The notes under the pieces were generated by a model that worked only from the letters and a program-made list of their open reading frames with translations, ran no database searches and was not told where the DNA came from. From contig JAGWAQ010000002.1 of NCBI GenBank assembly GCA_021296375.1, forward strand, positions 1,366 through 62,690: 61,325 nt of DNA. The letters run 5' to 3'. Positions 10,620 to 20,726 of the stretch are shown in pieces. Origin of the DNA: Alphaproteobacteria bacterium. Its GTDB lineage: Bacteria; Pseudomonadota; Alphaproteobacteria; Puniceispirillales; UBA1172. Numbering within the stretch: position 1 is the stretch's first letter; each line of letters starts with the position of its first letter. The position numbers and the translations under genes are program-made.

Positions 10620-11906
10620 ATGGCGCACCGCACTCAAGTCACCACACTGACCTCGGGATTACGGGTTGTTTCTGCTGATATGGCGGGGGCTGAAACCGTT
10701 TCCGTGGGGTTCTGGGTGAACGCTGGCGCGCGCGATGAACACCACGCTGAACATGGGCTTGCCCATATGCTTGAACATATGGCCTTCAAAGGCACGGCCC
10801 AGCGGAGCGCGGCGGATATCGCCCGTGAAGTTGAGGATAAGGGCGGCTATATCAACGCCCATACCAGCCGTGAAGAAACTGCCTATTACCTGCGCTTGAT
10901 GGCGGAAGACCTTGATTTCGGGATTGATCTGCTGGCCGATATCCTGATCAATTCAACCTACCCCGAAGATGAGATTGACCGCGAAAAAGGCGTCATTATT
11001 CAGGAAATCGGGCAGGCCATGGACACCCCTGATGATGTGGTGTTCGACCTGTTCCAGCAGGTCAGCCATCCCGCCAACCCCATGGGGCGGCCTATCCTTG
11101 GCACGGTGGACTGTGTCTCCGCTTTCAGCCGTGATGATCTCTTCGCCTTCCAGCGCCGTTATTACGCGGCGTCTTCGATTGTCGTGTCGGCGGCGGGGCG
11201 AGTTGACCACGACAAGCTTGTCCCTATGGTGGAGGCGGCGTTTGCAGGGCTTGATGATGCCGCCACCCCGACGCCACGGCTTGCGCCAACATGGCCGGGT
11301 GAGGCGCAATCACGGCGGGAGATCATGACCCGTGATCTTGAGCAAGCGCATCTGGTGGTGGGGCTGCCGGGGCTGTCTTTTGCTGATGAGGATCGGCTCG
11401 CTTTATCGGCGCTGGCGATTATGTATGGCGGCGGCATGTCGTCACGTCTGTTTCAGGAAGCGCGGGAAAAACGCGGCTTGTGTTACAGCGTCTTTGCCTT
11501 TGGCCAGTCGTTTTCCGACAGTGGCGTGATGGCGGTTTACGCCGGCACCTCCCAGGACGACACGTCAGAGATGATCAAGCTGGCAGGGCAGGAGCTGGTC
11601 GACCTGGCGGGGCATGCGACGCCGGAAGAAACCGTGCGTGCCGTTGCCCAGATGCGCGCCAGTCTGCGGATGCAGCAGGAAAGCGTCACCAATGTGGGCG
11701 AGGCGATGGCGCGTCAGATGATGATCTACGGGGAGCTGAAATCCCCATCCCAATGGCTTGCGGAAATGGACGCCATCACGGTTGACGATATCCGCCGTGT
11801 CGCCGCGGGTTTGCTCACCCATGGTCCGGTGCTGGCAGGGATCGGGCCTGGTCAGGGCAGGGACTGGCTGGATGAAGACGCCCTGAAGGCGTGTTTCGCC
11901 GCTTAA
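10620..11906 (+). CDS. M16-family (pitrilysin/MPP-like) zinc peptidase
   Basis: Inverted zinc motif HMLEHMAFKGT with a downstream REE..Y glutamate region. ATG 10620 is preferred over the upstream track start, which overlaps thrC. Confidence 0.8.
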   Translation: MAHRTQVTTLTSGLRVVSADMAGAETVSVGFWVNAGARDEHHAEHGLAHMLEHMAFKGTAQRSAADIAREVEDKGGYINAHTSREETAYYLRLMAEDLDFGIDLLADILINSTYPEDEIDREKGVIIQEIGQAMDTPDDVVFDLFQQVSHPANPMGRPILGTVDCVSAFSRDDLFAFQRRYYAASSIVVSAAGRVDHDKLVPMVEAAFAGLDDAATPTPRLAPTWPGEAQSRREIMTRDLEQAHLVVGLPGLSFADEDRLALSALAIMYGGGMSSRLFQEAREKRGLCYSVFAFGQSFSDSGVMAVYAGTSQDDTSEMIKLAGQELVDLAGHATPEETVRAVAQMRASLRMQQESVTNVGEAMARQMMIYGELKSPSQWLAEMDAITVDDIRRVAAGLLTHGPVLAGIGPGQGRDWLDEDALKACFAA

Positions 11907-11936
11907 GCCTTCCGCAGGTTTTACCCCCGCAACCTG

Positions 11937-12494
11937 TCACGCATGGCCCGCGGTGGTGGATAAATGCCCGGCGGAAATCCCGAGGCGGGTGAAGCACGCG
12001 CCCCAGATCTCTTCCGGCGAATGATCAAAAATCAAATCGGATTCATACGGCATGGTCAGCCAGATGTTGTCGCGCAGCTCTTTTTCCAGCTGACCTGCTG
12101 TCCAGCTGGCATGACCGAGGGCGATGATAAAATCATTGGGGCCGACGCCATTGATGATCTCGCTCAAGACCTTGATGTTGGCGGTCATGGCCATGTCGTG
12201 ATTAATCGGGGTGGTGTCGGGCAGGACATGTTCGCTGGAATGGACAACAATCCCGCGCGATGGCTCAACAGGGCCGCCGATATGGATAGGCTCATTGGCA
12301 TTGAACCTCGGCTCGCCAATGCCGACCTGTTGGGCAAGCTCGCTCAACTCAAGGTCATTATGACGTTGATTAAGCACAACCCCCATGGCCTGGGTCGAAT
12401 CATGGCTGCAGATCAGAAGCACGGTGTTCTGAAATCTCTTGTCGTCCATTTGTGGCATTGCGATCAGCAATTGGCCATTCAGGAACCCGGGCAT
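11937..12494 (-). CDS. YqgE/AlgH-family (UPF0301) protein
   Basis: From ATG 12494: MPGFLNGQLLIAMPQMDDKRFQNTVLLICSHDSTQAMGVVLNQ, typical of the YqgE family. The longer track ORF adds an implausible N-terminus. Confidence 0.75.
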   Translation of the reverse strand: MPGFLNGQLLIAMPQMDDKRFQNTVLLICSHDSTQAMGVVLNQRHNDLELSELAQQVGIGEPRFNANEPIHIGGPVEPSRGIVVHSSEHVLPDTTPINHDMAMTANIKVLSEIINGVGPNDFIIALGHASWTAGQLEKELRDNIWLTMPYESDLIFDHSPEEIWGACFTRLGISAGHLSTTAGHA

Positions 12495-12646
12495 GATGCC
12501 GATCCCCCTTTTGAAACAACCATCATCTTGAAAGCGTAGTAGGGAAAACCCGTCATGACCAGCATTAAATCTGAAACCGGTGATCATGTGTCCATTACGG
12601 CGAAACCAGAACTGCGGTTTTTTGCAGCACAAGAAAGGGCTGAATT

Positions 12647-14692
12647 TTGGATAAAACCCGCTATGATGACGGCATGATGATGATGTTTAAATCCTTCGCC
12701 CTGGCGCTGTTGCCGAAGGCCATGGGGCTTGTTTTGCCGGTCATGATCGTGCTGTTTGGCCTCGGGCAGGGGGCGGCGGTGGCGGCGACGGGGCCATGGC
12801 AAGGCAGTGATGTGTTCAGTGCCCGCTTGATCAGCGCCCTCGATCGACTTGGTGCGGCGGAAGATGGGCCCAGCAGTTTATCCATGGGGCTTGAGGTCAA
12901 GCTCGCCAAAGGCTGGAAGATTTACTGGCGCAGTCCCGGCGACGCTGGCTTGCCGCCGGAACTTGATTTCAGCGCATCTGGCGCCGTCACGGCGCATCAG
13001 CTTTATTTCCCCGCGCCAACACGTTTTTCCATCCTCGGTTTTGACAGTTTTGGCTATGAGGATCATGTCATTTATCCCCTTGAGGTGACGCTCGCCAATA
13101 GCCCGCGTGACCTGGTGATGGCGGGGGTATTGACCGGCCTGATCTGCAGTAATGTCTGCATCCCGATTGAAGAAACCCTGACGTTTAACCTGCCGCGCGA
13201 CGCCAATGCCCCGCCGCTGGTGGCGGCAGAAGCGCGGCAAATTGCCCTTTATTCCGCGCGGGTGCCGCGCCCAGGCACATCTTCAGGGGTCAAGGTCACG
13301 GGTTTTGCCCTTGGGGCTGACGGGGTTGAGCTGCGCCTGACCCGCAACGGCACGCCTGTTCGCCTGACGGCTGGTGATGTCATGGTGGAAGCGCCGTCGG
13401 GCTACAGTTTTTCGGCCCCTCAGTTGAGGGGCGATCGCCTCGTGCTGGCGTCAACCGGCAAACCGGCGGAAGCCCTGGTTGGGCAATCCCTGCCCTTCAC
13501 GGTGGTGACGAAAGATTGGCTGCTTGAAACCACGGAAGTGCTTGCCGCGGATGCCCTGACGCCGCCCCAATCCTCTGCCGCAAACGCGCTTCTGGCAATG
13601 ATGATGGTGGCTTTTATTGGCGGCGTGATCCTCAATATCATGCCCTGTGTCCTGCCGGTGATTTCGCTCAAGCTGGCGTCGGTCATCACCATGGGAGGGG
13701 CTGAACGCGGCGCGGTGCGTCGGTCGTTCCTGATGACAGCTTTCGGGGTGGTGGTGTCGTTTGTTCTGTTGGGGGGCGGGCTTGCCGTGGTGCGGGAAGC
13801 TGGCGTTGCCATCGGCTGGGGGATCCAGTTTCAGGATCCGGTTTTCCTGACGATAGCGGCGGTGATGATCGCCGGTTTCGGGCTGGTGATGCTTGACGTC
13901 GTGACCGTGCCGGTGCCAGCGTTTATTGCCGGTCGCTCCGGTCGCAGCGGTCGCACCGGTCGCACCGGTCTCACTGGCCGCGCCAGTCGCACTGGTCGCA
14001 CCGGTGTTGGCGGCGGGCAAGGGCTGATGGGGGATTTCCTGTCGGGCTTTATGGCGACCCTGCTGGCGACGCCGTGTTCCGCGCCTTTTGTCGGGACGGC
14101 GCTGACCTTTGCCTTCACCACCACCACGGCGAAGATGATGGTGATATTCCTTGCGATGGGGGTTGGACTGGCCTTGCCATGGTTGATGGTGGCGGCCCTC
14201 CCGCAACTGGCGCAATATCTGCCGAAACCGGGGCGCTGGCTGGTGACGGTCAAGCGTGTTCTGGCGCTGGGGTTATTCGCAACCTCGCTCTGGCTGTTGT
14301 CGATACTGGCGGCGCCGTATTGGGGCAACACGGCTGGTGATGAAGGCTGGCAAACCTGGCGGCCGGGGCTGGCGGAAGAGCTGGCCGGTGATGGCCAGGT
14401 GGTGTTTGTGGATGTCACGGCGGAGTGGTGTTTAACCTGCAAGGCCAACAAAGCCCTGGTGCTGGATAGCGCCGAGATGACAGCGGCGTTCCGCGACGGT
14501 GGGGTTGCGCTGTTGCGCGCCGACTGGACCCAGCCTGATGACGCGATCAGCGCTTATCTGGCGTCGCATGACCGCTTCGGGATCCCCTTTAACATTGTTT
14601 ATGGCCCCGCTCGTCCTGATGGCGTGGTGCTGCCGGAATTGCTCACTTCCGGCGTGGTCATGCAAGCGCTCAGCGCCGCCTCACGACCTTGA
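12647..14692 (+). CDS. DsbD/ScsB-family thiol:disulfide reductase (N-terminal periplasmic domain, TM core, C-terminal thioredoxin)
   Basis: TM cysteines NIMPCVLPV and ATPCSAPF. C-terminal thioredoxin motif VTAEWCLTCKANK. Start is uncertain (TTG 12647 or ATG 12674). Confidence 0.8.
   Translation: MDKTRYDDGMMMMFKSFALALLPKAMGLVLPVMIVLFGLGQGAAVAATGPWQGSDVFSARLISALDRLGAAEDGPSSLSMGLEVKLAKGWKIYWRSPGDAGLPPELDFSASGAVTAHQLYFPAPTRFSILGFDSFGYEDHVIYPLEVTLANSPRDLVMAGVLTGLICSNVCIPIEETLTFNLPRDANAPPLVAAEARQIALYSARVPRPGTSSGVKVTGFALGADGVELRLTRNGTPVRLTAGDVMVEAPSGYSFSAPQLRGDRLVLASTGKPAEALVGQSLPFTVVTKDWLLETTEVLAADALTPPQSSAANALLAMMMVAFIGGVILNIMPCVLPVISLKLASVITMGGAERGAVRRSFLMTAFGVVVSFVLLGGGLAVVREAGVAIGWGIQFQDPVFLTIAAVMIAGFGLVMLDVVTVPVPAFIAGRSGRSGRTGRTGLTGRASRTGRTGVGGGQGLMGDFLSGFMATLLATPCSAPFVGTALTFAFTTTTAKMMVIFLAMGVGLALPWLMVAALPQLAQYLPKPGRWLVTVKRVLALGLFATSLWLLSILAAPYWGNTAGDEGWQTWRPGLAEELAGDGQVVFVDVTAEWCLTCKANKALVLDSAEMTAAFRDGGVALLRADWTQPDDAISAYLASHDRFGIPFNIVYGPARPDGVVLPELLTSGVVMQALSAASRP
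13931..14002 (+). repeat. 8 tandem 9-nt units (ggtcgcacc-like) inside the DsbD-family CDS, encoding GRS GRS GRT GRT GLT GRA SRT GRT
   Basis: Direct reading: ggtcgctcc ggtcgcagc ggtcgcacc ggtcgcacc ggtctcact ggccgcgcc agtcgcact ggtcgcacc. Confidence 0.9.
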
Positions 14693-14811
14693 TTCCATTC
14701 AGTGATGATTATCTTTCCCGGGTGGTGATCAGCCCTTGACCTTGCGGTGGGCTGGGCTAGTTTACCTTCAAGCGCGACGGATACAACAGACGCATAAAAC
14801 AAAGGATCATC

Positions 14812-15294
14812 ATGACCATTTCGATCAAGGACCACCTGCCCGATAGCACTGTTCAGCAACGCCTTGACGGGGAGATATCGAATTTCACCCTGGCGGAATG
14901 GTCAAAAGGGCGCAAGGTGGTTTTGTTCGCCGTGCCAGGCGCCTTTACCCCCACCTGTTCCGCCAAGCATCTGCCGGGGTTTGTTGAACACGCGGCGGCG
15001 ATTAAAGCCAAAGGCGTTGATGCCATCGGCTGCCTGTCGGTCAATGATGTCTATGTCATGGAAGCCTGGGGCCAGGCCAATCAGGCGGAAGGGGTGATCG
15101 ACATGCTCGCTGACCCTGAAGCGGTGGCGGCGGAAGCCATGGGGCTTGCGGTGGTGAAAACCCCGGTGCTGGGCAATATGCGCGCCGCGCGGATGGCCTT
15201 GATCGCCGAAGATGGTGTCGTCACCCATATGTTCATGGAAGACCCCGGGGCTTATGAAGTGTCGTCAGCCAGCCATGTGCTGAACCATCTTTAA
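14812..15294 (+). CDS. Prx5/PrxD-type peroxiredoxin
   Basis: 160-aa ORF with the peroxidatic Cys motif FAVPGAFTPTCS. Confidence 0.85.
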   Translation: MTISIKDHLPDSTVQQRLDGEISNFTLAEWSKGRKVVLFAVPGAFTPTCSAKHLPGFVEHAAAIKAKGVDAIGCLSVNDVYVMEAWGQANQAEGVIDMLADPEAVAAEAMGLAVVKTPVLGNMRAARMALIAEDGVVTHMFMEDPGAYEVSSASHVLNHL

Positions 15295-15303
15295 CGGCGT
15301 TCT

Positions 15304-15735
15304 TTAACGGCGTTGCTCCGCTTCATTGCGGGCCAGCTCATCGCATCTCTCGTTCATCGGATGGCCGGCATGGCCCTTGACCCAGGCCCAGGTGATGCGG
15401 TGCCCCTGAATGGCGGCGTCAAGCCTTTGCCACAGGTCCTGATTGGCGACCGGTTTTTTCGCCGCCGTCTTCCAGCCGTTTTTCTTCCAGCCGTTGATCC
15501 ATTTGGTGATGCCATCCTTCAGGTAGGTGCTGTCGGATGTCAGCGTCACCTCAACCGGGCGTTTGAGGGCTTCCAGTGCCATGATCGCGGCCATCAGTTC
15601 CATGCGGTTGTTGGTGGTTTCATCCTCGCCGCCGGAGATTTCCTTTTTGGTGTCGCCGTACACAAGGATCGCCCCCCATCCGCCGGGGCCGGGGTTATGC
15701 AAGCAACTGCCATCGGTGTAAATTTCAACGCTCAT
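15304..15735 (-). CDS. rnhA: ribonuclease HI
   Basis: From ATG 15735: [21 protein letters not shown] ... TNNRMEL ... SDSTYL ... W..NGWK. The start forms ATGA with the thrB stop. Confidence 0.9.
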   Translation of the reverse strand: MSVEIYTDGSCLHNPGPGGWGAILVYGDTKKEISGGEDETTNNRMELMAAIMALEALKRPVEVTLTSDSTYLKDGITKWINGWKKNGWKTAAKKPVANQDLWQRLDAAIQGHRITWAWVKGHAGHPMNERCDELARNEAEQRR

Positions 15736-16718
15736 GACGGCGCCTTGATCCCGTAAGCCGACGGGCTGTCGACATTGTGGTGGAAATTCAGTCGCGTCCA
15801 ATAGGCCATCGGGTCATGAGGGCGGACTTGTGCGTCTTTCGGGGTGTGGATCCAGTCGTACAGGCGGGTTAAGAAAAACCGCATGGCGGAACCGCGACAA
15901 AGGATGGGCAGGGCGTTGATCTCATCCGCGCTCAGCCGCCGTTCCGATTGGTAGCCGTTCACCAGTTCCCGGGATTTTGTCACATTGAAACTGCCGTCGG
16001 CCTCAAAGCACCAGGCGTTCATCATGATCGCCAGGTCATAGGCGAGGAAATCCTGACAAGCGAAATAGAAATCAATCACGCCGGTGACGTCATCGCCGAC
16101 AAACAAGACGTTATCAGGAAACAGGTCAGCGTGGATAACGCCACGCGGCAAATCATCGGGCCATCGGGCGAGGGTATCGTCAAGTCGCGCTCGCGCCCTG
16201 GCGGTCAGGTCTTGCGGCAGGTTATCTGCTCCGTAATCTACCACCCCTTTATCTGATTGCGCCAGCAATGGCCCCCAGGCAAGGTGATCCAGCGCATTGG
16301 CACGGGTGCCGCTGAAATCAGCCCCGGCGCGATGCATCCGCGCCAGAATTTGCCCCGCCGAATAACAGCGGGCCGCAGGCGGCGAATTGTTCGAGGTGCC
16401 ATTGAGGAAAGTGAAAATCGCCGCCGACCGGCCGTTCAGGGTTTTCAGAACCACGCCGTTGCGGTCCGCCACCGGTTGCGGGCAGGTGATGCTGTGATCA
16501 GCCATATGGGCCATCAGATCAACAAAGAACGGCAGGTCATCGGTGTTCACCCGCTTCTCATAGAGCGTCAGGATGAACTCACCTTCTGTTGTCGACAGGC
16601 GGTAGTTGGAGTTTTCCACCCCTTCGGTGATGCCGGAAAAACTGGTGGCACGGCCGAGGTCATAATCGGCGAGAAAAGCGTTCAGCTCATTTTCATCAAC
16701 ACGTGTGTAAACAGCCAT
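15732..16718 (-). CDS. thrB: homoserine kinase, type II (APH/ChoK-like fold)
   Basis: 328-aa ORF with the kinase catalytic motif [13 protein letters not shown]. The alphaproteobacterial ThrB sits next to rnhA. Confidence 0.8.
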   Translation of the reverse strand: MAVYTRVDENELNAFLADYDLGRATSFSGITEGVENSNYRLSTTEGEFILTLYEKRVNTDDLPFFVDLMAHMADHSITCPQPVADRNGVVLKTLNGRSAAIFTFLNGTSNNSPPAARCYSAGQILARMHRAGADFSGTRANALDHLAWGPLLAQSDKGVVDYGADNLPQDLTARARARLDDTLARWPDDLPRGVIHADLFPDNVLFVGDDVTGVIDFYFACQDFLAYDLAIMMNAWCFEADGSFNVTKSRELVNGYQSERRLSADEINALPILCRGSAMRFFLTRLYDWIHTPKDAQVRPHDPMAYWTRLNFHHNVDSPSAYGIKAPS

Positions 16719-16720
16719 GA

Positions 16721-17692
16721 TTAATCCTGCAGGACCGTCGGCAGTTTGAAGGCGATGTCTTCCTGCGCCACCAGCACTTCATCCACCGTCGTGTCATGGC
16801 GGGCGCTGATGGCGGCGATCACTTCATCCACCAGCACTTCAGGGGCGGAGGCGCCAGCGGAAATCCCGATGGTGGTGGCGGCGGCGACGTCATCCCAGTT
16901 GATCATGCTGGCGTCAGCGATCAGTTTGGCGTCGCTGGCCCCGCCGCGCAGGGCAACCTCGACAAGCCGCCTGGAGTTGGAGGAGTTTTCCGCCCCGATA
17001 ACAAGCACCAGATCAGCCCCTTCGGCGATCGCCTTGACGGCATTCTGGCGGTTGGTGGTGGCGTAGCAAATGTCTTCGCCGCGGGGGCCTTTGATGCCGG
17101 GGAACCGGTCACGCAGGATACCGACGATTTCAGCCGTGTCATCCACCGACAGGGTGGTTTGGCTGGCAAAAGCGATTTCCATGCCTTCAGGGGCGGTGAC
17201 GGTGCGGGCGTCGTCAGCGGTTTCCACCAGCGTCATGGTGCCGGCGGGAACCTGCCCCATGGTGCCTTCGACTTCAGGATGGCCAGCATGCCCGATCAGC
17301 AGGATATGACAGCCGTCACGAACGTGCCGATGCGCTTCGACATGAACCTTGGTGACAAGAGGGCAAGTGGCATCGACGGCGATCATCTGGCGCCGATCGG
17401 CCTCAGCGACAACCGATTTCGCCACGCCATGGGCCGAAAACACCACCGGCGCTTCTTCGGGAACTTCATCCAGCTCCTTGACAAACACCGCGCCTTTGGC
17501 GGCAAGGCCATCAACGACATATTTGTTGTGGACGATTTCATGACGGACATAAACCGGCGCGCCATATTTTTCGAGCGCCACCTCGACAATTTTAACAGCG
17601 CGATCAACCCCGGCGCAAAACCCCCGAGGGGCGGCAAGGCGGATCACTTTGGCGGGGCCAGTGGAAGCTGAAGATACAGGCGAAACAGTCAT
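16721..17692 (-). CDS. ispH: 4-hydroxy-3-methylbut-2-enyl diphosphate reductase
   Basis: [27 protein letters not shown] and NSSNSRRL are LytB/IspH cluster-Cys and signature motifs. Confidence 0.9.
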   Translation of the reverse strand: MTVSPVSSASTGPAKVIRLAAPRGFCAGVDRAVKIVEVALEKYGAPVYVRHEIVHNKYVVDGLAAKGAVFVKELDEVPEEAPVVFSAHGVAKSVVAEADRRQMIAVDATCPLVTKVHVEAHRHVRDGCHILLIGHAGHPEVEGTMGQVPAGTMTLVETADDARTVTAPEGMEIAFASQTTLSVDDTAEIVGILRDRFPGIKGPRGEDICYATTNRQNAVKAIAEGADLVLVIGAENSSNSRRLVEVALRGGASDAKLIADASMINWDDVAAATTIGISAGASAPEVLVDEVIAAISARHDTTVDEVLVAQEDIAFKLPTVLQD

Positions 17693-17889
17693 GCTCTTTT
17701 GTGCTTGAAGATCGCCGTCGCGTCAACATATTGCTCACCCTGATGAGGGCCAACGGAATGCAAACGGGGCCGAATATGGGGCCGCAAATGGGGACATACA
17801 TGGGGTATATCGGCTTCAACAGCCCCGTCTTGAATCCGTTGCCGAAAGCGTCTAGTGTCAGGTAACAATTTCTGCCATCGGAACTGATC

Positions 17890-18366
17890 ATGACCTTCTC
17901 TGCCACATTTCGCTCCGCCGCCGCTCTGGCCTTGATGACAGCAGCGATGACGGGCTGCAGTGCGTTTGAACCCGAATACACCGCCTGCCCGTCGATTAAA
18001 GCCGTGGAGGGGGCTGAAAACGTCGCCACCAAAGGCACTATTCTGGGCCAGGACATTGCGGTTCGCTTGAACGGGGTTGCCGCCAAATGTGTCGCGACCT
18101 CAAGCGGTCATGACCTTGAACTTGAAGTCGGCTTGCTGGCGCGTCGGGACATGTCCTCCAGCGCCAAGACAGAAGAGATGAAAATCGACATTACCCTCGC
18201 CTATCTTGACAAGGATGATAACCCCGTCGGCCGCGATGTCAGCTCCTTTAAAGCCTATTTCAATGAGTTCAACGCAAAGTCACGCCCGACCTTTGTGATC
18301 TCGACTGAAATTCCGGCAGGAACCCGGGTCATCATGGGGCTGGGTAAATTGAAAGACGGCGAATAA
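17890..18366 (+). CDS. hypothetical lipoprotein
   Basis: 158-aa ORF with a lipobox (LMTAAMTG-C). I recognise no family. Confidence 0.55.
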   Translation: MTFSATFRSAAALALMTAAMTGCSAFEPEYTACPSIKAVEGAENVATKGTILGQDIAVRLNGVAAKCVATSSGHDLELEVGLLARRDMSSSAKTEEMKIDITLAYLDKDDNPVGRDVSSFKAYFNEFNAKSRPTFVISTEIPAGTRVIMGLGKLKDGE

Positions 18367-18407
18367 CCACCGCCGGTCCTGCCCCCCACGCGCCTGAAAC
18401 AGCCGAT

Positions 18408-18436
18408 AAAAAAAACCCGCCATCTGGCGGGTTTTT
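18408..18436. terminator. bidirectional rho-independent terminator between the lipoprotein gene and atpF
   Basis: aaaaaaaa-CCCGCC-atct-GGCGGG-ttttt, a GC stem flanked by an A-run and a T-run. Confidence 0.8.
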
Positions 18437-18457
18437 GCTTGCGAAGGACAGGGCGGG

Positions 18458-18955
18458 TTAGCCCAGCTTCTTGATGTTCTCGATATCTGATTTCACCAGC
18501 TTGACGGCGGCGGCTTTATCAAGCTTGTCCTTGATCAGCTCACCCGCGGCGGCCATGGCAAGTTCAGCGGCGCGGTCACGCAATTCCGCCACAACTTCGG
18601 TTTCCATGGCCTTGATCTTCGCCGCCGCTTGATCTTCCTTGCGCTTGATCGCCGCTTCAGCAGCAACCGCCGCATCGTCACGGATCTTGTCGGCAGCGGC
18701 CATGGCATTGGCGGTGATCTGCTCAGCCTGGTCAGCGGCCTCACGGCTCAGTCGCTGGTATTTCTTCAGCTCAGCCTGGGCTTCCTCACGCAATTTGCGG
18801 GCTTCATCCAGGTTGGTGCGGATTTCATCAGCGCGGGCATCAAACATGGTGGCCAGTGCCGCCCCGGCCTTTTTCCAGACCAGCCCGACAAAGACAACAA
18901 AAGCAATGGCAACCCAGACGCCTTCGTTAATCAGTGGTGTATGTTCAGCAGCCAT
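18458..18955 (-). CDS. atpF: ATP synthase F0 subunit b
   Basis: N-terminal TM helix plus a long charged Ala-rich helix. Last gene of the F0 operon. Confidence 0.85.
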   Translation of the reverse strand: MAAEHTPLINEGVWVAIAFVVFVGLVWKKAGAALATMFDARADEIRTNLDEARKLREEAQAELKKYQRLSREAADQAEQITANAMAAADKIRDDAAVAAEAAIKRKEDQAAAKIKAMETEVVAELRDRAAELAMAAAGELIKDKLDKAAAVKLVKSDIENIKKLG

Positions 18956-19572
18956 TAGTTCTGCTCCATTGCGGGCATGGCTTTTGCCGCCGCTTTAACC
19001 GCTTTTTTCGCGTCTGTCTTGGTGATCTTGACCCCCGCCAGGGCGGCGGCGGCATCAATGGCGCTGGTCACAGCAACATCGTCAAGTTCAGTCAACGCGT
19101 TGTCGCGGGCTTCCATGATCTTGGCTTCAGCCTTGCCGATCTTGGTGGCAAGACGTTTGGCGGCGGCATCGTTCTTCTTTTCCGCTTCAGCAACCGCAGC
19201 GGCGGTGCTCAGGCGGGTTTTCTCTGTCGCTTCCGCGCGCGCATCCGCCAGCGTCTTTTCAAACGCGACACGCATGCTTTCGGCTTCATCGGCGGCCTGT
19301 CGAGCGCGCTGCATGTCGTCATCAAGACGGTCATGGCGATCTTCAAGCACCGACGCAATGCGAGGGGTCACGACCCGCCACATCAACACATAAGCAAGAG
19401 CAAACGAAACAACCAACCAGAAGATCTGTGTTGGCCATGTGGTGAAATCAAGCTGGGGCAAACCGCCTTTGCTGTCGCCGGCCGCGAGGGCAGGTGAAGC
19501 CATGACGATCAGGCCAAAAGCCGAAGCTTTAAGGGCCAGTCCAGATGTTTTTACCGCAACAGAATGTGCCAT
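18955..19572 (-). CDS. ATP synthase F0 subunit b-prime
   Basis: Second b-type subunit (TM plus an A/E/K-rich helix), typical of the alphaproteobacterial atpI-B-E-F'-F order. Overlaps the atpF start by 1 nt. Confidence 0.8.
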   Translation of the reverse strand: MAHSVAVKTSGLALKASAFGLIVMASPALAAGDSKGGLPQLDFTTWPTQIFWLVVSFALAYVLMWRVVTPRIASVLEDRHDRLDDDMQRARQAADEAESMRVAFEKTLADARAEATEKTRLSTAAAVAEAEKKNDAAAKRLATKIGKAEAKIMEARDNALTELDDVAVTSAIDAAAALAGVKITKTDAKKAVKAAAKAMPAMEQN

Positions 19573-19646
19573 AGGGTTTCCCCAATCTTTAGTCCAGGTT
19601 CGTCGGTGTACCGGAGGCCCCCTGATGGCGGCGTCGGCACGTCCTC

Positions 19647-19677
19647 TAAAAAGACGGGCGCGGGCAAGCCGCGCCCG
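19647..19677 (-). terminator. intra-operon GC hairpin with a T-run just after atpE (partial terminator/attenuator)
   Basis: Minus strand: CGGGCGCGG-cttgc-CCGCGCCCG followed by tcttttta. It starts 3 nt after the atpE stop. Confidence 0.5.
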
Positions 19678-19680
19678 GCG

Positions 19681-19911
19681 TTATTTGAATACGAACAGGA
19701 GAAGCAGGGCAACAACCAGCGCGAACAGCGCAATCGCTTCGGTCAGGGCAAAGCCCAGAATACCGATGCCGAAGACGTCGCCACGGGCGGATGGGTTGCG
19801 GGCGATTGAGTTCACCAGCGAGGAGAAGATGTTACCAATACCAATACCAACCCCAAGCAGTGGGAGAACAGCAATACCAGCACCAATCAGTTTTGCAGCA
19901 TCAGCTTCCAT
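19681..19911 (-). CDS. atpE: ATP synthase F0 subunit c
   Basis: 76-aa two-helix proteolipid with GIGNIF, ARNP and LTEAIALF (carboxylate E). Confidence 0.9.
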   Translation of the reverse strand: MEADAAKLIGAGIAVLPLLGVGIGIGNIFSSLVNSIARNPSARGDVFGIGILGFALTEAIALFALVVALLLLFVFK

Positions 19912-19982
19912 AATCCATATCCTTTCTAGATTTCATGTTGGATCATTACCCGTCAGATGACGGTATAATTTGCGCCACCGTC

Positions 19983-20726
19983 CTAGTGGAGGTGCAACGC
20001 GTCGTTTAAATACATACAGGTCAGAATTGTAAAGACATAAGCTTGTAGACCAGCGACAAGCACCTCAAGGCCCGTCAGGCCAATCAGTGCAAGAAATGGC
20101 AGGACAGAACCTGCAGCAAAAACACCGCCCGCGCTGGTCAGCATAACCGCAAGACCGGCGAAGACCTTCAGCATGGTGTGACCGGCCAGCATATTGGCAA
20201 ACAGTCGAACCGACAGGCTGACAGGGCGAACGAAATAGGAAATCACTTCAATGATGATCAGGAACGGCACCAGAACTTTAGGTGCGCCTGGCGGCACAAA
20301 GAAGGAGAAGAAATGCATGCCATGCTTGATCAGCGCCACCAGGGTCACGCCAACAAAGATAAAGGCCGCCAACACAAAGGTCACCACGATCTGGCTGGTG
20401 AAAGTGTAGGAATAAGGGATCAGGCCGAGCATGTTGCCGAACAAAAGGAAGATGAACAGCGTGAAAATGAACGGGAAGAACGGGCGGCCTTCGGAACCGA
20501 CGTTGCTCTTCACCATTTCGGAGATGAACTCATAGAACATTTCCGCGGAAGCCTGCAGCCGACCCGGAACAATTTCGCGGCGGCGCATGGCCATGGTCAG
20601 GTAAGTGACGCTGACCAGAACAGACAGCATCATGAACAGCGCGGAGTTGGAAAACGAAATATCGAAACCAAAAAGCTCAAGTGCCAGCAGGGACTTGATG
20701 GTAAATTGCTCAACCGGAGAATGCAT
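19983..20726 (-). CDS. atpB: ATP synthase F0 subunit a
   Basis: 247-aa polytopic ORF with LSVRLFANMLAGH (essential Arg). Confidence 0.9.
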   Translation of the reverse strand: MHSPVEQFTIKSLLALELFGFDISFSNSALFMMLSVLVSVTYLTMAMRRREIVPGRLQASAEMFYEFISEMVKSNVGSEGRPFFPFIFTLFIFLLFGNMLGLIPYSYTFTSQIVVTFVLAAFIFVGVTLVALIKHGMHFFSFFVPPGAPKVLVPFLIIIEVISYFVRPVSLSVRLFANMLAGHTMLKVFAGLAVMLTSAGGVFAAGSVLPFLALIGLTGLEVLVAGLQAYVFTILTCMYLNDALHLH

